Assembly (NCBI RefSeq): GCF_009914755.1
Contig: NC_060925.1
Length of the DNA: 64,000 nucleotides
Source: the human T2T-CHM13v2.0 reference genome, Homo sapiens
Reading direction: 5' to 3' (one strand)
This document shows positions 50,801 to 64,000 of this stretch, in pieces. The stretch's first letter is position 1, and every line of letters starts with the position of its first letter. Under the pieces are notes generated by a model. That model did not search any database. It was not told the origin of the DNA and worked only from the letters and a program-made list of their open reading frames with translations. The translations under genes were made by a program, and so were the position numbers.

Positions 50801-51666
50801 GAGAACCTGCAGAAGGGATGGAGGGCAAAGGAAGCATGTGCTTCTCATTCTTCTTGCCAGTAAGCAGCATGTGGATAAGGGGAGCCTCCATGTGAACTGG
50901 AACTGTTTGGGACCCATTCCAGTGACTTCACATGTTCTCCTGTCTTCTGTTTGAAAGCCAGTGCCAAAGAAGAGACAGGAAGAATGCATGTGTGAGTAAA
51001 GGGTTAAACTCAGCAATATGTGTGGATAAAGTCCCGGTGTATTTCCTATCGGATGTATCAGATCTATTTTGAGGTTACTTATCAATTGGTTATTGTGCTA
51101 ATAATTGCCATTAAAATTAATACTACAGTTTGGGAACTAGGCAAAGAGCTAACAAGTTTGCTTTTACACAGAGTTTTCCAAAAGCAATCTGTGTAACTTG
51201 TTTCTGGAATGCAGCTGTGTAAGTTTTCATTAACATCTTGCAGGTGGAGCCTAATTTTAGTTCAGCCTTGAGAAGGGGGAATTGTTTTCTTCACCATATG
51301 CATAGCACCGCAACAGCAGCAAAGCAGGTGGGGCTTTGCCAAGCACTTGTTTACTTTCTTGTTTTTTTATAAAATGGATGATTCATATCGTTAATCATGC
51401 AGTTTCTATTTGATTTTAACACGTCTTTAACAGAATAGTCTGGAGTACATTTGACCTACAGTTACTTGAATGTGAAACAAAAGCAATGAAATGGAAAATG
51501 ATAAGAAAATGAGCAATGAATCCTAAATATAGTGGGGAGAAGCCAGTGAATGAAGTAAAATTTAGAAATACATCTGTTTGGCTACAAAAGCATTTTAAAA
51601 AGCAACCTTCCAGATTTTGGTTTGGCAATTTGAAGTTGGCTCAGTTAGAAAGTTCCATATATATAC

Positions 51667-51673
<7 letters not shown>

Positions 51674-51713
<40 letters not shown>
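51674..51713. repeat. (TG)20 microsatellite
   Basis: Perfect dinucleotide run. Confidence 0.98.
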
Positions 51714-51716
<3 letters not shown>

Positions 51717-52358
51717 TTTTCTTTTTCTTTGCCATTGCAAGAAGGAAAGTATTACAGGAAGGAAGCTGTTGCTGGAAAGAGAGGAGATGAGGGGTCAGAA
51801 AAGACAACTGAGATGCATACACATTGTTTTCTCATGCAAGTTCTTCCCTGGCCTTTGAATCTCAGGGAATGGCTGGTAATCGGCTTAAATTTTAGGACTG
51901 AGGAAAAAAATATTGTTAAGAATCAGAGAGTGATTAATGACAGTAATTTCTTTTTTCATTTGTTTAGGAACTATCTTAAGATTGACGTTAAGCTTCAAAG
52001 GCACAAACTCCATACCTCTACTATGTTTCATATGCTTCACTGCAGTGAACCTACTGTGTGTGTCTCTTTGGATGTGAGGCTAGTGTGGTCTGGCCATAAC
52101 GTGGCTGCATGTCATCTGGCTTAAACAAGCGCCTTTGAATTCTTCTACCCTGTGGTGTGTGCATGAAAATTCCATTACCTCCACAGAGAGGGGGCAGCTC
52201 CATGTGCATATTTGTTTCTTTCAATTCAGTCTCTTGGAATGGATGGAATGTGTGATAACGCTATATAGGAGTCTATTGTTCTGAACCTTAAAATAAACCT
52301 TTTCTTAAAAGCCCTCTTCTGGACCTTGAAGGTCACCATTCAAGGGCTTTGCCTTTAT

Positions 52359-52856
<498 letters not shown>

Positions 52857-53092
52857 CCTTATACAGAATGTTTTCAAATACTATTTTTTTTCCATAAGTT
52901 ATTGGGGTACAGGTGATATTTGGTTTCATGAGTAAGTTCTTTAGTGGTGATTTGTGAGATTTTGGTGCATCCATCAACCGAGCAGTATACACTGCACCAT
53001 ATTTGTAGTCTTTTATCCCTTGCCTCCCTCCCACTCTTCCCCCCAAATCTCCAAAGTCCATCATCATTGTTATGCCTTTGCGTCCTCATAGC

Positions 53093-57260
<4,168 letters not shown>

Positions 57261-57339
57261 GCTCTTTGTTGCCTGTGTACTTTGTTTTTTTGTTTGTTTG
57301 TTTTTTGCTTTTGCTTTTTAGCTTATATTCTTGTTTTAC

Positions 57340-58370
57340 AGGTCCTGGGTGACTTATGCTTTAAAGAGGAAACACAAGAAAATGTGTTTCCAGGATTCCT
57401 TTCAAGGTTTAGAGCTCCTTTTAGCAGTTCTTGCAGTGGTGGCTTGGTAATGGCGAATTCTCTCAGCATTTGTTTATCTGAAAACAACTATATTTCCTTC
57501 TTATATGATGCTTAGTTTTGCTGGATACAAAATTTTTGGCTGACATTTGTTTTGTTTGAGGAGGCTGAAGATAGGGCCCCCAATCCCTTCTAGCTTGTAG
57601 GGTTTCTGCTGAGATATCTGCTGTTAATCTGATAGGTTTTCCTTTATAGGTTACCTGATGCTTCTGTCTCACAGCTCTTAAGATTCTTTCCTTTGTCTTA
57701 ACTTTGGATAACCTGATGACAATGTGCCTAGGTGAAGATCTTTTCACAATGAATTTCCCAGGTGTTCTTTATGCTTCTTATATTTGGATGACTAGGTCTC
57801 TAGCTAGGCCAGGGCAGTTTTCCTCGATTATTCCCCCAAATATGTTTTCCAAGCTTTTCGAATTCTCTTCTTCCTCAGGAAAACCAATTATTCTTAGGTT
57901 TGGTCATTTAACATAATCCCAGACTTCTTGGAGGCTTTGTTCATATTTTCTTATTCTTTTTTCTTTGTCTTTGTTGGGTTGGGTTAATTCAAAGACCTTG
58001 TCTTCGAACTCCAAATTTCTTTCTTCTACTTGTTCAATTCTATTGCTTGTACTTTCCAGAGCATTTCATATTTCTAAAAGTGTCCATAGTTTCCTGAATA
58101 TTTTATTGTTTTTTCTTTAAGCTATTTATTTCCTTGAATATTCCTCTCTTCACTTATTGTGTCATTGTTTGGATTTCCTTGCATTGGGCTTTGCCTTTCT
58201 CTGGTCCCTCCCTGATTAGCTTAATTACTAACCTCCTGAATTCTTTTTCAAGTAAATCAGGGATTTCTTCTTGGTTTGGATCCATTGCTGGTGAACTAGT
58301 TTGATTTTTGGGGGGTGTTGAAGGCCTTGTTTTGTCATATTACCAGGATTAGTATTCTGGTTCCTTCTTA
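57340..58370 (-). pseudogene. L1 ORF1 remnant
   Basis: RSSPRHIVIRLSKVKTKERILRAVRQKHQVTYKGKPIRLTADISAETLQARRDWGP. Confidence 0.9.
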
Positions 58371-59792
58371 TTTGGGGCGGCTCTATCAGAGGGAAGGTCT
58401 AAGGCTGAAGGCTGTTGTTCAGATTCTTTTTCCCATGGGGTGTTCCCTCGATGTAGTACTCTCCCTCTTTTCCTATGGATGTGGCTTGCTGTGAGCCAAA
58501 CTGCAGTGACTGTTGTCTCTCTTCTGGGTCTAGCCACCCAGCAAGTCTACCCAGCTCCACGCTGGTACTGGGGATTGTCTGCACAGAGTCCTGTGATGTG
58601 AACCATCTATGGGTCTCTCAGCTGTGGAGAACAGGTGTCCACCAGTGCCTGTTCTGGTGGACGTGGTGAAGGGTGAAATCTCAAATACTATTTTAATGTA
58701 ACAAAGACACAGTAGTTTATTTGGCTAATGATTATAAATAAAATGTAGCATTTGTCAGCTTTCCTCTTATAGTGAGTCTGCCTGACTTAGGAAAGTTTAC
58801 ACTTTAAGTTGGCCGAGATTCTTTCCCTAGGATATCGTAAATCTTTCCCTATCTCTGACCTATAGCCATGCTAAAAGAACACCCAAAAGAATGTTAGATT
58901 TTCTAAAGATTTGTTCCTTTATTCGACATAGATCTGTTAAGCACCTGTTATATTTGAGGTACTTTTGGATTTCAGAAATATATGACTCAGTCTCTCTCCT
59001 TAAGAAGGACCCAAGCCTGTGGCAGAGACATTCAGCCAAGAAAAGAACTCAACTAAATGGTCTATTTGTAAAAACAAAAAAACATTTTGTGGGGCCTCAG
59101 ATTTTTCACATCATATTTCACACTCTCATTCTGAGATGTAAATGAAAAGATTTTTAAAAATGACTGTGACCCTTTGGCAAGATGACAAGAACCACACCAC
59201 ACCCAAACCTGTTTGTTCTGCTGTCTTCGTCCACCCACTGGCAGATGTGGCTGCAGGGGGCTGTGTGGGTGACAGAATGCAGCGATGGAACTTTAGAATT
59301 GGCTCCTGTGAGTGGAATCGGGGGAAGGGTCATCAAAAGGCAGGAAGGAGCCAGTGCGTTTGAGACTGAGGCTAAGTAAGCATTTTTGACTGATTTGCTG
59401 TTACAGATTCCCTAAAGCCTCATCAGATTGTGATTTTGCAACTCTCTTGAGCACAGTCCTAGTTTTCACAACGCCCTCTCATTTTCACTGACCAGACCCA
59501 GTCTTTGGATGAGATCTCTCTCTCCCAATCTGGAACTCAGACTCTGTTACTATTTCTTCCATTCCCCAACATCTGAGGTGCTTCTCACTCAATCCCAAAT
59601 TTTCCTTTGACCCCAACTTACTTACTCACAGGAGTAGGAGGACAAAGAGAAAGGGAAATAATTTGATGAGAAGCAGGGATTGACTACTTCCAATTATTTT
59701 TCACTGTAACCCATACTATCAACAGCAGATGACATCGATTTGATCTTCCCAGTACTATTTGTTCTTAGCCATATTCAGAATGTAAAATTTAG

Positions 59793-60090
59793 GGCCAGGC
59801 ATAGTGGCTCACACCTGTAATCCCAGCACTTCAGGAGGCCAAGGTGGGCAGATCACTTGAGGTCAGGAGTTTGAGACCAACCTGGCCAACATGGCGAAAC
59901 CCCATCTCTACTAAAAATACAAAAATTAGCCAGGCATGGTGGTGCATGCCTGTAGTCCCAGCTGCTAGTGAGGCTGAGGCTGCTGGAGGATCACTTGAAC
60001 CCCGGAGGTGGAGATTGCGGTGAGCCAAGATCTCACCACTGCACTCCAGCCTGGGTGACAGAGTAAGACTCTGTCTCAAGAAAAGAAGAC
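59793..60090 (+). mobile_element. AluS/Jb-like
   Basis: TSD TGTAAAATTTAG. Confidence 0.93.
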
Positions 60091-61008
60091 TGTAAAATTT
60101 AGTATCCAACTTCTATTCATCATTTAATCCGGGACTATCTTGGAGAGGATGAAATGAGGTTGAAGCCCTATTTCCAAAATGTAAAAGAGTTGTTTTGGCT
60201 ATCTAAACAAAGGGCTCAGTGTTTTAATATTCCTAGTTAAAAATCACAGGATTGGCCACCTGCCTTACTTTTTTTCTGGGTTATTCATTTCTTTGTAAAT
60301 TTTTCCTACTCTCTTTTCTAGGCAAACCTACACTTTTCCTGCTGAGATTCCTAAAGTTATAGAGTAAAATGTCACCAAAAGGAAGCATGTGATTCATTTC
60401 ACTCTTGCTGGTAGGTACATTCAGAATACGACTTCAAGAGGTTTATTTCCCGTTTGTAATCTAAACCTTATTGGGCTGCCTGCAGTGGAAGCCTCAGCTA
60501 CAGCTGCAGAAATAAAGTCTTTACAGAAGCACTTAAAGAAGACCTGGTTGTTCTGGTACTGCTTCTGAAGAAGTTCCAGTCAGCAGCAGGGGAAAATTTA
60601 TGAGATTCGTATGAGATTTTTGGTTTCTTAAAAGAGTACACATTCCACAGAGGATCTGAATACATTGCACGAAAATCGTACAGTCCTGTCAACCAGCACA
60701 AGCACATGTGCAGAAAACTTGAGAGGTCACTGTTTGGCAGGACCACAGTAAAATCATCTGAGACAAATGAGATAAATCCTGTTTAAAGGCTTAAAGTGAA
60801 AGAAAGAGATTCTGCAACTTCATCTGGGGAGTCCTGATAATATCTAATTGTTATCTTTAGTTCTGGGACTCATCTTTAGTAGTCATTGGTATCAGTTCTG
60901 CTTGTTTTTTTTTTTTTTAAGCCTATAAATTGGTTAAAGATAAAGCATTAACCAAAACCTCTGTAAGTACATGAGAATCTCTACTTTGTAGAAAAGAAAT
61001 AATAATAA

Positions 61009-61385
<377 letters not shown>

Positions 61386-61431
61386 TAGGACTTTTGATTA
61401 TCAAGAGTTGTGTAGGCTGAGGCAAAATGGC

Positions 61432-61447
61432 ATATATATATATATGG

Positions 61448-61511
<64 letters not shown>

Positions 61512-61700
61512 ATATAGATATATGTGTGTATATATATATACACATACAGATATCTATATACACACACACAAAGCCATTTTCATATACAGTATATATGATA
61601 TATACACATACACTTTCATATACAGTATATATGATATATATATATTCACACACATGCACAAATAAGCCATTTTCATATAGTATACAGAAAGCAATTTTTC
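61432..61700. repeat. Compound (TA)n/(TG)n/(CA)n low-complexity tract with short higher-order duplications
   Basis: Long perfect TA run ~61459-61503; TTTCATATACAGTATATATGATATATA twice; AAGCCATTTTCATATA twice. Confidence 0.95.
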
Positions 61701-61732
61701 CTCAGTATATATATGTGCATAAAATCAAATTA

Positions 61733-61935
61733 GGCCGGGTGTGGTGGCTCACGCCTGTAATCCTAGCACTTTGGGAGGCCAAGGCGGGCAGATCACCTGA
61801 GGTCAGGGGTTCGAGACCAGCCTGGCCAACATGGCGAAACCCCATCTCTACTAAAAATACAAAAATTAGCTGCACTCCAGCCTGGGCAACAGAGTGAGAG
61901 ACTCTGTCTCAAAAAATAAATAAATAAATAAATCA
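61733..61935 (+). mobile_element. AluSx-like with most of right arm deleted
   Basis: Intact left arm then AAAAATTAGCTG joined directly to CACTCCAGCCTGGG. Confidence 0.93.
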
Positions 61936-62332
61936 AATCAAATAATGTGTTTTTAAAGTGTTTATACCCATCCTACTGCCAAGAGAAGATCCAATTACTC
62001 AAGTTGATTGAATTATGTGGGATAACAGAGATGCCAACCCATCTTGACCCCGCAGTGTTAAGCCAATTCCTTTGATATTAGGCCATTGTATGCTAAGCTC
62101 TTTTTTGAATTACTGTTAGAATAAAGTAAAAAGAAAGACCAGGAAGAGCAAGCAAGACACAAGTAGGCTTGTGCAAAAAATGAGAATTGGTGACATTAAT
62201 AACAATAAAAATTATACATAAATTGCTATAGCACATCGTAATTCTCTAAGTGTTTATCTAAAGATGATTTGATCTTTTTAATAATCTTTTGAGGAAGATT
62301 GAACAAGTCATTTTATAGAATAGAAAGTTAAA

Positions 62333-62607
62333 TCAGGTGTTGTAGAGCAGTAATAGGCATTTTTTGCCAGTATAATATTTAATAAAACATTCAATTAGAT
62401 GTCAATAGTTTAAAATTTGGAGATTTCACATAAAAACTCAGATATCTGACTTATCTAGAAAGTTGAAAGTTCTGGTACCACTGGATGACACTGGGCCAAT
62501 ATTCCCCTGACAACACAGTAGCACTTCCTATTGTCTTATACCCACACTCCTCATTCATTAATCTTTACTAGCTTGGTCATTTTAGGCATTTGATTTTTGA
62601 ACCCCTG
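62333..62607. mobile_element. MER102-like hAT-Charlie MITE
   Basis: TTAAAATTTGGAGATTTCACATAAAAACTCAGAT...ACACTGGGCC...GGCATTTGATTTTTGAACCCCTG. Confidence 0.65.
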
Positions 62608-63469
62608 GTGTAAAAGGATTTTCATACTGCCATGCCCTGAGTTCATGACAGAGGTAGGCCTAGAGTGCAGGTCTGTGGCTTGTATTCTTTTACCATAAAA
62701 TGTTTACATTGAACTGATGTATGGCTAACACATCCTTCTTTCCTCTCCTCCAAGAGCCTTCTGCTCCCCTGAACTTCTCACAATTGCCCAAGAGCTCACG
62801 CATTCCCATGTCCCCATACGCTTGATGCTGTTCCTTGTGCTTTTCATCCAGTCTACCTGCCACTCTCCCATCTCCCGACTAAACCTGAGTCCTAGTGCTC
62901 CACTTAAAGTTCCCCTGCTCTCTGCAGCTGTCTCAGAGCCAATCTGCAACCTCCCTCCTCTCCCTCAACCATCATTTATTCAGACTCATCATTTGTTCAA
63001 TAAATGTCAAATAAGAGAATGAAGAAGGGATACAATAGTTTTAGGCTAATGCATTCGTCTGCACTGGATTGACTTTTTTCCCAAGGTCTATGTTGGGTGA
63101 CACATTATGACTTCCCTGTCTGTTTAAACTATGGGTCAGATTACTTCATAATAAAGATTTTGGAGAGAATGGCATCGAGCCACATTTATCCCAGGGAATG
63201 TGGACAAAGTTTGGGCAACTTCTTTTTTGAGGTAGTTCAGCATGACACTGTGGATTCAGCATTTTAAACTCATTTATTTGTCAAAAATGTTCCTTGCTTG
63301 GAACATGAGTTTCTTTACCACTTTGGTTTGGTAAACAGGGAAAACATTAATTCAAAGTCCAGAGAAGACAATACTCTGTTTTACCCCAGCAGGAGACAAA
63401 TCAGTGGCTGGCAGGGGAAATTATATATAGAAAAATGACACAGAAAAGATATGGACTGGCCCGAGTTAT

Positions 63470-63690
63470 TGATTCATCCCACAAACATTTTTTGATATTT
63501 ACTGTGTTCCAGACACTGAGCTAGGCCCTGGAGGTAAGCAGATATGTAAATACATAGGTGCAATGGATATTATGGGCATCTGTACATTATATGAGGGATA
63601 CAGAGGAGACAGCAATTAATTCTGCCCAATGAAATCAACAAAAGATACCTAAGTAATTTGACCAGTTAGCTGAGTCCTAAGGGACATAAG
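63470..63690 (-). mobile_element. L2 3' fragment
   Basis: ATTCATCCCACAAACATTTTTGATATTTACTGTGTTCCAGACACTGAGCTAGGCCCTGG. Confidence 0.6.
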
Positions 63691-63859
63691 CATATTTTGT
63701 ACTCACTTTGAAGATGACATTAAACACTTTAGCATTAAAAATAAATTTGGAAAATGGATCTCTCCTTCCTAAGGGTATAGATCATATGAAAAACACTTGA
63801 GAATATATTATGTGCATTTAAAAAAAGCACCTAGAAGATGCAAAATAAAGGAGTAGGAA

Positions 63860-64000
63860 TATACAGTCTCCAGATTCTACCTGAATTCAATCTTGGTTCA
63901 ATTATTTGCTAGCAGTGTGATCTTGGAAAAGTTACTTAACTTCTTTGTGCCTCAGTTTTCTTCTCTGTTAAAATAGATAATGAAACTACCGCTGTGGTTA
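63860..64000 (+). mobile_element. MIR
   Basis: GTGTGATCTTGGAAAAGTTACTTAACTTCTTTGTGCCTCAGTTTTCTTCTCTGT core. Confidence 0.85.

Noticed and set aside
51516-52124. Longest ORF (202 aa)
   Set aside because: Reads through a (TG)20 tract, has no recognisable domain and no supporting gene structure.
59245-59265. CTCF-like GCTGCAGGGGGCTG (also near 52183)
   Set aside because: Mismatches at key core positions; unsupported without ChIP data.

Overview
Primate (very probably human) euchromatic, AT-rich non-coding DNA, either intronic or intergenic. No intact protein-coding gene, RNA gene, CpG island or CRISPR-like array can be supported; the ORF track is explained by Alu, L1, microsatellite or chance frames. 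The window holds about 40 Alu-family copies (FAM/FLAM, J, S, Y), a ~6.8 kb fragmented L1MC1-like element (+), a ~5.8 kb L1PB1-like element (-) with a perfect 14-bp TSD, solo LTRs (LTR16, two MLT1A, MER34), hAT/Tigger MITEs and many MIR/L2 relics. Subfamily names are from recalled consensus sequences, not from a search. The best second-look items are mechanistic scars, not a new gene system: (1) an ERV env+PPT+U3-R fragment that lacks U5 and is flanked by a long L1-type duplication, suggesting an L1-retroposed ERV mRNA; (2) a single GC-rich SATR-like satellite unit inside an Alu; (3) an 80-bp 90%-identical dispersed duplication 13 kb apart; (4) several template-switch hairpins inside TE copies, one with a cUUCGg loop; (5) repeat-poor blocks that could be enhancers or lncRNA exons.
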